DNA of 11,583 nucleotides from Puniceicoccales bacterium (GCA_031288595.1 JAITRB010000017.1:1-11583), one strand, 5' to 3'. Positions 1-7,266 are shown, counted from the first letter of the stretch. The notes: a model not told the origin generated them from the letters alone. Numbers and translations are program-made.

Positions 1-8
1 CGGTGGAC

Positions 9-103
9 TTATTCACAGTTATTCACGGCTTATTCTTGGGTTATTCACAGGTGTCTGTGAATGGAGAGGGCGCATTTTCAGCGAGATCTGGCTTTGTGAA
101 TTG
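9..103. promoter_or_regulatory. Phased DnaA-box array (candidate oriC segment or DnaA-regulated region), truncated by the window edge
   Basis: TTATTCACA at 9-17 and 41-49 fits the TTWTNCACA DnaA-box consensus exactly. TTATTCACG at 19-27 has 1 mismatch and TTATTCTTG at 30-38 is weak. All four share one orientation with 1-2 bp spacers, giving a 10-11 bp period. Inverted copies are TGTGAATGG at 56-64 and TGTGAATTG at 95-103, each 7/9 on the other strand. Confidence 0.55.
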
Positions 104-149
104 TTTTTCTCGCGTGCTATGGGGATCCCGCTCTGCATGCCATGCTGCC

Positions 150-185
150 CCTGCCGGCGATCTTTGTACCTCTGGCAGGTTTTTC
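150..185 (+). terminator. Weak hairpin plus T-run, possible plus-strand intrinsic terminator
   Basis: CCTGCC (150-155) pairs with GGCAGG (174-179) and is followed by TTTTT (180-184). The 18-nt loop is long for a terminator and no upstream plus-strand gene is visible in the window. Confidence 0.25.
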
Positions 186-229
186 GCTTAAAATCCCCTA
201 GGAAAACCGGGGCTTGTCTGGTAGCTGAC

Positions 230-871
230 TTAGCGGCGCGTCCGCCGAAAGATGTATTCCTGACAGAAGAAGTAGCCGGAGCCAGCGATGAGGCCGCCCA
301 GGTGGGCAGAGTGCGCGATAAGGTCGCGTCCCGGAAGCTCGAGGAGAAGAAAAGCACCGATCTCGAAGGCGAAGAGAAGCCCGAGCAATGTTCTCAGCCG
401 CAACCGGACAGGGATGACGAGAAAGAGCAGCAGCGACGCGCAGTGCTGGGGAAAGCAGAGGCAGGCATAGGCCAGGAGGCCGGCGATGCCGGCCGAAGCG
501 CCGATGAGACTGCCCGTCGCTGTCGGCTGAAGGCAGAGCCAGAAGCAGGCACCGGCGAGGGTAGAACTGAGGAAGATTTTTAGAAAATGCCCAGGGCCTA
601 GCCCTTGCTCGATAAAACGGCCGATGAAGTGCAGCGTGAGGCCGTTGACCAGCAGGTGGAGGCAGGAGCCGTGAAGCAAGGCATAGCTCAGGAGGGTCCA
701 GACATGGCCATCCTGGAGGGAAGAAGCCGAGAGTACCATGTAGTTTCTAAAAAAAACCGAGCCGAACAAGACCTGTCCGATGTGCTGGAGGAGGAAGAAT
801 GCGACGAGGAGTCGGAGGAGGCAGCGATGGGCCGCCATCCGCCTGAAGGGGTTGCCGTAGCTGCGGAACAT
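230..871 (-). CDS. Rhomboid-family intramembrane serine protease (GlpG-like)
   Basis: The 213-aa polytopic membrane protein has the family motifs in canonical order: WTLLSYALLH, HLLVNGL (HxxxN), GASAGIAGL (GxSxG catalytic Ser) and AHLGGLIAG (catalytic His). It has an ATG start at 871. The overlapping plus-strand ORFs are Arg/Glu-rich antisense shadows. Confidence 0.9.
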   Translation of the reverse strand: MFRSYGNPFRRMAAHRCLLRLLVAFFLLQHIGQVLFGSVFFRNYMVLSASSLQDGHVWTLLSYALLHGSCLHLLVNGLTLHFIGRFIEQGLGPGHFLKIFLSSTLAGACFWLCLQPTATGSLIGASAGIAGLLAYACLCFPQHCASLLLFLVIPVRLRLRTLLGLLFAFEIGAFLLLELPGRDLIAHSAHLGGLIAGSGYFFCQEYIFRRTRR

Positions 872-1065
872 GGCCGGGATGAGAAGAATGCCCCGGAATT
901 TTACCGGGAGCTGGGAATCCAGAAAACTTTCTTCAGTTTAGCAAGAATTTCCCTGCCGGCAAACCATTCAGGGGCATCTATCGGCCTTATCCTCCGTTCG
1001 CTCGGGTTTTATCCACCTTGGATTTTCCTCGTCAGGAGGGCGAAATTGGCTATATTATCAGCCGG

Positions 1066-3084
1066 ATGAGGTTTATGGGTGATCCTGGTAGAGTAGGGGC
1101 TCCTTCGGCTGCTGTTCCAAGTGCCACAACGCAGTCCGTGCAGAGAAGCGTGGTCAGGCTGCTCGAGGACGTCGCCCGCGGCGCGAAGGTCTCGTCTCAT
1201 GGCGGCATGCCCAGTGTCGTGTCGCTGTCCTCCCTGGCGTTGGCGAAGCCGGGATCGCGCACCGAAGCCCTTCAGGCTGTCAACTCCCTTCTGCGGGAGA
1301 ATGGCGGTCCGAATCTCGGGCATTTGCTCGCCCAGCAAATCCCCAAGGATGGCCCCGATGCGCTGAAGCAGAGAGAACGGGCCGAGAGCGTCCTCCTGGG
1401 GACGTTGATCTCTTTGCCCCCTGCCGAGCGTGAGGCGGTGATGCAGGAGCAAAATCGCCTGCGGATTATCTGTAAAAACGCCATTTTCGGCTCGCTGGTC
1501 TCGAAGAACGACAGGATCTGCGCGATCTGCACCAGCAATGTGCAGAAATCTCCATCCTATCAGGGCATGTCGGCTCTTCCGCAAGAGATGCAAGCTGTGG
1601 CCAAGCAGGGTGCCCAACGGCTGGAGATGCTCATGGCCCGGGCGCCTGGCCTCAACGAGGCACAGAAGGAGGCCATTCGGAGCAAGGCGATGAATTTTTT
1701 CAAGGAGACAACCTGCAAGGATGCTGTGATGAGCTTCCCTTTGCCCTCCGCTTCCAGACCCACTGATCCGGCGAGGGCACGCCTCGGCGAGGAATGGACA
1801 GATATGCGCCATTTCGGCTATCTGCTAAAATTGCTCGGGAAGGAAATCTACGATCAGTTCGACATTCCGGATCAGCTCTACATGCAGCGTAGGGCCGATG
1901 GAATGGCTGATGGCGGCATGACGCTCAGGAGATGGTTGGAGCGGGGGCCAGGGGAAGGGGAGGCCTTCGGCATTCTCACGGATGTCGCCGGCGCGCCAGG
2001 GGAAGAGAACGCTTTGAATATTCCCGCAGATGCTGCCGGCGCGCCGCTCCCAGCTCCAGTAGGACCTCCACCGCCTCCACCGCCAGCTGCCGAACCGCCT
2101 CTGCCAGGAGGAGCAGCCGCCACGGCTCCTCCTACTGACACGCCAGCGCTGGCAGGAGACCTGGCAGCGGCACTGACTGCCGCGAAAGGGAGATTGAAGA
2201 GAGTTGATCTGCCTGTGGTGGGCGGGCAGCTCCATCAGCCCCAGTTGAACCCAGCTGCGGCGAAGGTGCGGGATGGAATAAATACTTTTTATAGGCAGCT
2301 GTCCCAGGGAGCCAACGCAGCGCCGGCAACAGACGCGGTCATCGCCCACCGAGAGACGCGGGATGCGCTCAGCCAACTCCTGCAATTCGCAGAAGGATTT
2401 TCGCTCGAGGGCTGCCCACCAGGCGAGGGGGGAGTGTTTACAGAAACACAGGGGGATCTGTTTCGCCTGCAGGCAGGGTGCTTGCAGGGACTTCTGGAAA
2501 ACGTCCGGGGGCGCGTGCCGTATTGTGATGAGGGTAGCGGCGAGGCGCAGCTGATGCGGGAGGTTTTGCGGCATGTCCAGGGATCCCTGGCCCCGCTTCT
2601 GAAACAGGTGGCGGAATTGAAAGGATCCGACGGAGAAGGGAAGGTTGCCGCCAACGCAAGAGCTGTGCAGCAACAAGGGCAAGGTCTCGCGAAGGCGATG
2701 GACACGTGCACCGGCTCGATCGATACCTTCATTTCCAAGGAGGCTGCGGCCAAAGCTAGAGCTGAAAAAGCAGTCGGCTTATTGAACAGAGCACAGCATG
2801 ACTTGGAAGGTGGTAACATAGAAGATGGAAAGAGGCGCATAATCGAGGATATAAAAAATGCGATTGAGGCGGATGAGGAACTGGCAGCGGTATTGGATCA
2901 GCTAGATTCGACCCTGAACCCATCGATACTCGAGCGATTGGGGGCATTGGATGAAGATTTTAAAAATTTTATGCAAGGACAGCTGGAGAGTCAGAGGAGA
3001 TTTGCCGATGATCCGAATAGGGCCAGGAACAGAGATGCAGAGGAATTGAGAAGGCTAGAGGAAGAGGGGCATGCATTCCATTGA
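1066..3084 (+). CDS. Large orphan protein, helical and Ala/Leu/Glu-rich, with a central polyproline tract and a WH2-like motif; candidate secreted effector-like protein
   Basis: The frame is open from TTG 1018 to TGA 3084 (688 codons). The first ATGs are at 1066 and 1075, and GAGG at 1068-1071 precedes 1075, so the start lies somewhere in 1018-1075. The amino-acid composition is protein-like, whereas overlapping antisense frames are Arg/Ser/Pro/Cys/Trp-rich. I see no signal peptide, no TM helix and no enzymatic motif. Confidence 0.8.
   Translation: MRFMGDPGRVGAPSAAVPSATTQSVQRSVVRLLEDVARGAKVSSHGGMPSVVSLSSLALAKPGSRTEALQAVNSLLRENGGPNLGHLLAQQIPKDGPDALKQRERAESVLLGTLISLPPAEREAVMQEQNRLRIICKNAIFGSLVSKNDRICAICTSNVQKSPSYQGMSALPQEMQAVAKQGAQRLEMLMARAPGLNEAQKEAIRSKAMNFFKETTCKDAVMSFPLPSASRPTDPARARLGEEWTDMRHFGYLLKLLGKEIYDQFDIPDQLYMQRRADGMADGGMTLRRWLERGPGEGEAFGILTDVAGAPGEENALNIPADAAGAPLPAPVGPPPPPPPAAEPPLPGGAAATAPPTDTPALAGDLAAALTAAKGRLKRVDLPVVGGQLHQPQLNPAAAKVRDGINTFYRQLSQGANAAPATDAVIAHRETRDALSQLLQFAEGFSLEGCPPGEGGVFTETQGDLFRLQAGCLQGLLENVRGRVPYCDEGSGEAQLMREVLRHVQGSLAPLLKQVAELKGSDGEGKVAANARAVQQQGQGLAKAMDTCTGSIDTFISKEAAAKARAEKAVGLLNRAQHDLEGGNIEDGKRRIIEDIKNAIEADEELAAVLDQLDSTLNPSILERLGALDEDFKNFMQGQLESQRRFADDPNRARNRDAEELRRLEEEGHAFH
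2041..2208 (+). other. Proline-rich (FH1-like) segment followed by a WH2-like actin-binding motif within the 1066-3084 CDS
   Basis: Nt 2041-2145 encode APLPAPVGPPPPPPPAAEPPLPGGAAATAPPTDTP, with seven consecutive Pro codons at 2065-2085. Nt 2146-2208 encode ALAGDLAAALTAAKGRLKRVD, an amphipathic helix followed by LKRV. Confidence 0.45.
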
Positions 3085-3290
3085 TAGACCGTCTCGAACC
3101 GGAAAACATTCGCATCGCCGGAGCCGATGGGAATGGCCATCGCGGGAATGGCAATGGCCTTTCGAGGAAAGGGAAAAGGAGTTTGGGCAAACGAGTGGAG
3201 ATGGGCTGTGGGGCTATTGCGAACACTTCCTCCTTTGCACTTGCCTTGGGTGCCGTAATGCTTAAACTAGAACCTATATGGGAGGTATGT

Positions 3291-5390
3291 ATGGTAGGAG
3301 GATCCACATCGTGGGTTGATACTGCGGGGGTCAGTGCTGCCGGAGGGCTGACTAGATCGGTGGCGACAACTAACCTTCAAAATGTGAAGCAGAATCCTGG
3401 AATGCCCGGTGTCGCCTCCAGGGCGAGCGGGCAGCCGAGTATTCCCGACTCTCAAGTCCTCAAGAATTCCCGAGGTGCAGCCCAAGCGGCCGGCAGTAGC
3501 TCTAGATCTAGAATACTGGCCGAGGCCTACCGGACATTTGACAGGACCTGCTCCAGTAATCTCGGGAAGATATACAGAGCGATGAAAGCAGGCGGAGAGG
3601 AGGGCAAGGCGCAAGTCAAGGAAGCCATAGGGGACTTCATATCGGCTGCGTCGAAAAATCCGGCCTATGCCGAGGTGTTTGCGGGGGTAGACGCAGGGCT
3701 GAGTCGAGACAATCCGGCGCCCGGGCAAATGCTGGATTCAGCACGCATGTGTATTTTCCTGGCCCGAAATCCCGATGTCGCAGAGGCCCTCAAGAGGGGC
3801 AATCCTAAGCTGGGCGAGCCAGTCGATTCAGCTGTGCAGAGGGGTTGGGAGAAGCTAACCCAAAGACTAGAAAATCCCAGGAACGGAAACGTCGCAGGTA
3901 AAAAGACCCTCGCCGAAAAAAGCGCGGTCGCCCAGCAACATCTGCAAAAGGCGATCAGCTCAAAATTGCAGCGTTTCGGGGCCAATCATGCTGCCAAGAC
4001 CGAAGTCCTAAAATTCGTGCGAGGAGCGGCCGGAGATCCCGTTAAGCTCCATGCCTTGAGTCAGCTTGCCCAAAGCAGTCCCAAGTACAGCTCGCTCATC
4101 GCCAGTGCTCTCGGTTCCGCCATGGGGGGAGCGAGCTGGATACGAGGTGCAGGCGATGCGATCGCGTTGTCCAAAAATGCGATGACGGCCTTTCTGTACC
4201 TCGGCAGGAGTGGCGCTTTATCCCCAAGCGACCAACAGGAGGTCGTGGCTAAACTCGGCGATGGCAAGCTCTCTAATGGTAAGAGTGTTTCCGCGACCCA
4301 CGCGCTCACAAATCCGCAATCTCCTTTCTGGCAGGCAACCCAAGAACTGTCTCTGGCGCAGCGCACGGAATTAGCCGATGCCATTGAGAACTCTCCGGAC
4401 TTTCAGGCGAAGAAAGATCGGTGTAATGATCTGGCTTCAGCACTGAATCGATCGGTCACAAGCCCGCCTCTGGCGAGCTTAAACGATGGCCTCAAGACGT
4501 TTGATGAGCATTGGGATCTTAGAGAAACCGGATTCGAAACGCCTTCGACCCCAGAGCATTTGAAAATGGATCCAGCCAAGTTTGCAAAACTGAAACAGGA
4601 CTGGAAGGGAGATGAATCGGCAGCTCAAAAGACGGTCGATACGGCAAGAGGGTGGGTGAAGAGCGCTCTGGCAGATTCGGGTGCCAGGCGTGAATTGAAT
4701 AAATGCAGAACTATGTCTGGTGAGCTGAAACAGCTGAAGGGGGAACTTTCTTCGCTCCGGGCAAGTATCATGACGGCTCACTGCGGTGCAACGAGCAGCG
4801 ATGCTTTAGATGCTAGTATGGGTGCCAATCTAGCATTTAAGGCTGCAGGTATCTCCAGCTATGCGGGCTTTGTGGATGTATGCCGTGAGAAGGGAGAGAG
4901 GCAGCATTCTGTGTCAGATCATGTCAGCTCGGCCATGAATATGCCGAGGAATGCAGCCGATAAACTGTCGAGCCTGGCCCGGTGCGCTGAAGAAGTTGAA
5001 GGTATTTGCCAATGGGCAAAGCCCATAGAAATAGCGGAGCAGAAACTGAATGATATCCGACCCAGTTTGGGGATACAGGGTGCGGATATTCCTCCAGAAG
5101 AAAAATTTGCCCCAGGAGGTCCCATGGCGTTGCAGTTTGGCCAGAGCAACATCAAGACTTTGCTGCTGGAGGCTATTGAATGTTCACTTTTGTCCGTGCC
5201 AGAGGAAAATCGGGCACAGATCAGGGAGGAGATACAAAAAATGGGTATGATGCCTCCCATGGACTATGTGAAGCTTTTGGGACGAGTGCAGCAAAATCCC
5301 TCCCAGTACAACTTAGGTGCCGATTTCCAGTTGCCGGACAGCGTCCTTCAGATCATGGAAGGAGCTAAGAAGATCGACAGCTATGCCTAG
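3291..5390 (+). CDS. Large orphan protein (699 aa from ATG 3291, or 769 aa if TTG 3081 is used) with no recognisable domain; candidate secreted effector or translocator-like protein
   Basis: The frame is uninterrupted from 3081 to 5390. ATG 3291 is preceded by GGAGG (3281-3285) with 5-nt spacing, the best ribosome-binding site in the window. The N-terminus MVGGSTSWVDTAGVSAAGGLTRSVATT... is Ser/Thr/Gly/Ala-rich. There is a Gly/Ala-rich hydrophobic stretch at nt 4086-4205 and a heptad-like ELKQLKGELSSLRASI at nt 4722-4769. Confidence 0.8.
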   Translation: MVGGSTSWVDTAGVSAAGGLTRSVATTNLQNVKQNPGMPGVASRASGQPSIPDSQVLKNSRGAAQAAGSSSRSRILAEAYRTFDRTCSSNLGKIYRAMKAGGEEGKAQVKEAIGDFISAASKNPAYAEVFAGVDAGLSRDNPAPGQMLDSARMCIFLARNPDVAEALKRGNPKLGEPVDSAVQRGWEKLTQRLENPRNGNVAGKKTLAEKSAVAQQHLQKAISSKLQRFGANHAAKTEVLKFVRGAAGDPVKLHALSQLAQSSPKYSSLIASALGSAMGGASWIRGAGDAIALSKNAMTAFLYLGRSGALSPSDQQEVVAKLGDGKLSNGKSVSATHALTNPQSPFWQATQELSLAQRTELADAIENSPDFQAKKDRCNDLASALNRSVTSPPLASLNDGLKTFDEHWDLRETGFETPSTPEHLKMDPAKFAKLKQDWKGDESAAQKTVDTARGWVKSALADSGARRELNKCRTMSGELKQLKGELSSLRASIMTAHCGATSSDALDASMGANLAFKAAGISSYAGFVDVCREKGERQHSVSDHVSSAMNMPRNAADKLSSLARCAEEVEGICQWAKPIEIAEQKLNDIRPSLGIQGADIPPEEKFAPGGPMALQFGQSNIKTLLLEAIECSLLSVPEENRAQIREEIQKMGMMPPMDYVKLLGRVQQNPSQYNLGADFQLPDSVLQIMEGAKKIDSYA

Positions 5391-5524
5391 AATTTTCCCG
5401 CCTGGTGGGGCAAAATTATCGAACAGCCCTACATTGAGTTAACGCCCCCCATCCGTTTTCCGCGAAAACCTTCCCCCTCCTTTTCCCCTTGCCAGTGGAG
5501 ATTTAAAGCTTCCATGGGCATTCC

Positions 5525-7129
5525 ATGAAGCAGATCTTCGTGACGGGAGGGGTAGTATCGTCATTGGGAAAGGGATTGACGGCGGGCGCGCTGGGGGCGC
5601 TGCTGGAGGGGCATGGCTTTCGGGTCGAGCTGAAGAAGTTCGATCCCTATTTGAACCTCGATCCGGGCACCATGAGCCCGCTGCAGCACGGCGAGGTCTA
5701 TGTGCTGGAGGATGGGACCGAGACCGATCTCGACCTGGGCCACTACGAGCGCTTCACGCATGCGGTGCTCGGCCGGAAGCATTCGCTCACCTCAGGCAGG
5801 ATCTACGAAAGCGTCCTGCAGAAGGAGCGGAGTGGGGAGTATCTGGGCCAGACCGTCCAGATCATCCCGCACGTGACCGATGCCATCAAGGAGCGGCTGC
5901 GGGCGGTGGATGAACAGGCCGATCTCTGCATCACCGAGATCGGGGGGACGATCGGCGACATCGAGAGCCTGCCCTTTCTGGAGGCGCTGCGGCAGTTCGC
6001 GCTGGAACAGGAGCGGGAAGATGTGATTTTCCTACACCTCACACTGCTGCCCTATCTGCGGGCGGCCGAGGAGCTCAAGACCAAGCCGACGCAGCAGAGC
6101 GTCGCAAAACTGCGGGAGATCGGCATCCAGCCGGACATCCTGGTCTGCCGCACGGAGCGGGAAATTTCGCCCGATGTGCGGAGGAAAATCAGCCTGTTCT
6201 GCAATGTCTCGCCGCGGGCGGTCGTCGAGGAGCGCGATCTGCAGGATTCGATCTATGAATTGCCCTCCGTGCTCCATCGGGAACAGCTCGACGCGCTGGT
6301 ATTGGAACGGCTGGACCTGCGCCCGCGACGGGCCTACGAAGACATTTGGTCAGGCATCCTGCGGAGGATTCGGGAGCCCTGCTGCCACAGCCGCATCGGG
6401 CTGGTGGGGAAATACGTCAGCTGCAAGGATGCCTACAAATCGGTCTATGAGGCACTGGCCCACGCCGGTATCGCCCTCTCTTGTCGGGTGGAAATACGGG
6501 TCATTGACGCCGAGGCCTTGGAATCTCCCGGGGCCGCGGAGCTCTTGAAGGACCTCGACGGGATTCTCGTGCCCGGAGGCTTCGGTACCCGCGGAATCGA
6601 GGGCAAGATCTTCGCTGCGGATTGGGCTCGGGAACGGGGCATTCCTTACCTTGGCCTCTGCCTGGGCATGCAGCTGGCCGCCATCGCCTTTGCCCGTCGG
6701 GTGCTGGGCTGGCCTGATGCTCACAGCGTGGAGTTCGATCCCCAGAGCGCGCATCCGGTTATCCGCCGCCTGGATTCCCAACGGGAAACGGCATCGCTGG
6801 GAGCGACGATGCGCCTCGGATCCAGGACCTGCCTCCTAAAAACAGGCAGCTTGGCCCATCGCCTCTACGGGGAGGAGGAAATTTTCGAGCGCCATCGGCA
6901 CCGCTACGAGTTCAATCGGGAGATGGAAGAGGCCTTTGAATCTCAGGGCATGCTCATTTCCGGCCGCTGTCCCGACGACGGCGCTGTGGAAATTCTAGAA
7001 TTCCCACAGCACCTGTACTACCTAGCGGTCCAGTTTCATCCGGAGTTCCAATCCAAACCCTGGCAGGCTCATCCGCTCTTCCTCGGCTTCCTCCAGGCTG
7101 CACTGGATCGGGCACGGGATCATGCATGA
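5525..7129 (+). CDS. pyrG: CTP synthase (glutamine-hydrolysing)
   Basis: The 534-aa product starts MKQIFVTGGVVSSLGKG. It contains DPYLNLDPGTMSP and GEVYVLEDGTETDLDLGHYERF. The C-terminal glutamine amidotransferase domain has LVPGGFGTRGIEGKI, the YLGLCLGMQ nucleophile Cys, and HRHRYEFN. Length is typical for the family. Confidence 0.97.
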   Translation: MKQIFVTGGVVSSLGKGLTAGALGALLEGHGFRVELKKFDPYLNLDPGTMSPLQHGEVYVLEDGTETDLDLGHYERFTHAVLGRKHSLTSGRIYESVLQKERSGEYLGQTVQIIPHVTDAIKERLRAVDEQADLCITEIGGTIGDIESLPFLEALRQFALEQEREDVIFLHLTLLPYLRAAEELKTKPTQQSVAKLREIGIQPDILVCRTEREISPDVRRKISLFCNVSPRAVVEERDLQDSIYELPSVLHREQLDALVLERLDLRPRRAYEDIWSGILRRIREPCCHSRIGLVGKYVSCKDAYKSVYEALAHAGIALSCRVEIRVIDAEALESPGAAELLKDLDGILVPGGFGTRGIEGKIFAADWARERGIPYLGLCLGMQLAAIAFARRVLGWPDAHSVEFDPQSAHPVIRRLDSQRETASLGATMRLGSRTCLLKTGSLAHRLYGEEEIFERHRHRYEFNREMEEAFESQGMLISGRCPDDGAVEILEFPQHLYYLAVQFHPEFQSKPWQAHPLFLGFLQAALDRARDHA

Positions 7130-7266
7130 CTTACGGATACACTGGCAGAAAGATGCCCGTTGGTTCGAGTATGGCCAATGGGCCTCGCTTCTCTTGTGCG
7201 GCAAAGCCTTTTGAGGAAATTGCTGAAAACGCTGCCGAAATCATTGAGGACGTCGCCGATTTTTGA
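7126..7266 (+). CDS. Hypothetical 46-aa small ORF between pyrG and asd
   Basis: Hand translation gives MTYGYTGRKMPVGSSMANGPRFSCAAKPFEEIAENAAEIIEDVADF. Its ATG (7126-7128) overlaps the pyrG stop TGA (7127-7129) as ATGA. Its TGA (7264-7266) overlaps TTG 7263 of the long asd frame as TTGA. I recognise no homology and it could be chance. Confidence 0.2.
   Translation: MTYGYTGRKMPVGSSMANGPRFSCAAKPFEEIAENAAEIIEDVADF

Noticed and set aside
3-191. 62-codon plus-strand ORF (GTG start) at the left edge
   Set aside because: It overlaps the DnaA-box array, has no RBS, and has an odd Cys/Ser/Gly/Phe-rich composition. It is better explained as chance open frame in non-coding DNA.
1009-1017. Single DnaA-box-like site TTATCCACC upstream of orphan gene 1
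   Set aside because: A lone 8/9 match is expected a few times by chance in 11.6 kb on two strands, and it has no neighbouring boxes. Similar weak hits occur inside genes, for example near 4868 and 9065.
101-1069. Plus-strand ORFs 101-583, 288-470 and 605-1069
   Set aside because: They are antisense to the rhomboid protease gene, which carries unmistakable family motifs. Their translations are Arg/Glu/Ala-rich, as is typical of shadow frames in GC-rich DNA.
1987-2045. Exact 11-nt repeat GCCGGCGCGCC at 1987-1997 and 2035-2045
   Set aside because: It reflects a repeated Ala-Gly-Ala-Pro peptide in a low-complexity GC-rich coding segment, with no evidence for an independent DNA-level function.
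3247-3262. GG-N10-GC spacing (TGGGTGCCGTAATGCT) resembling a sigma54 -24/-12 element upstream of ATG 3291
   Set aside because: Only the minimal GG and GC dinucleotides and a few flanking bases match. The conserved TGGCAC and TTGCW contexts are poor, and such minimal matches are frequent by chance.
1009-3307. Long minus-strand ORFs (1009-1812, 1825-2682, 2289-2840, 2969-3307 and smaller ones) opposite orphan gene 1
   Set aside because: Their Arg/Ser/Pro/Cys/Trp-rich translations are characteristic of antisense frames. None approaches the 688-codon plus-strand frame in length, and several overlap one another.
3267-5260. Minus-strand ORFs (3267-3728, 3665-3985, 4061-4384, 4479-4781, 4919-5260) and short plus-strand off-frame ORFs inside orphan gene 2
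   Set aside because: They are shadow frames of a 2.1-kb uninterrupted plus-strand ORF, with biased compositions and no start context.
5394-5418. Possible hairpin TTTTCCC...GGGGCAAAA after the stop codon of orphan gene 2
   Set aside because: Only three G:C pairs plus bulged A:T pairs can form, and there is no T-run. It is too weak to call a terminator.
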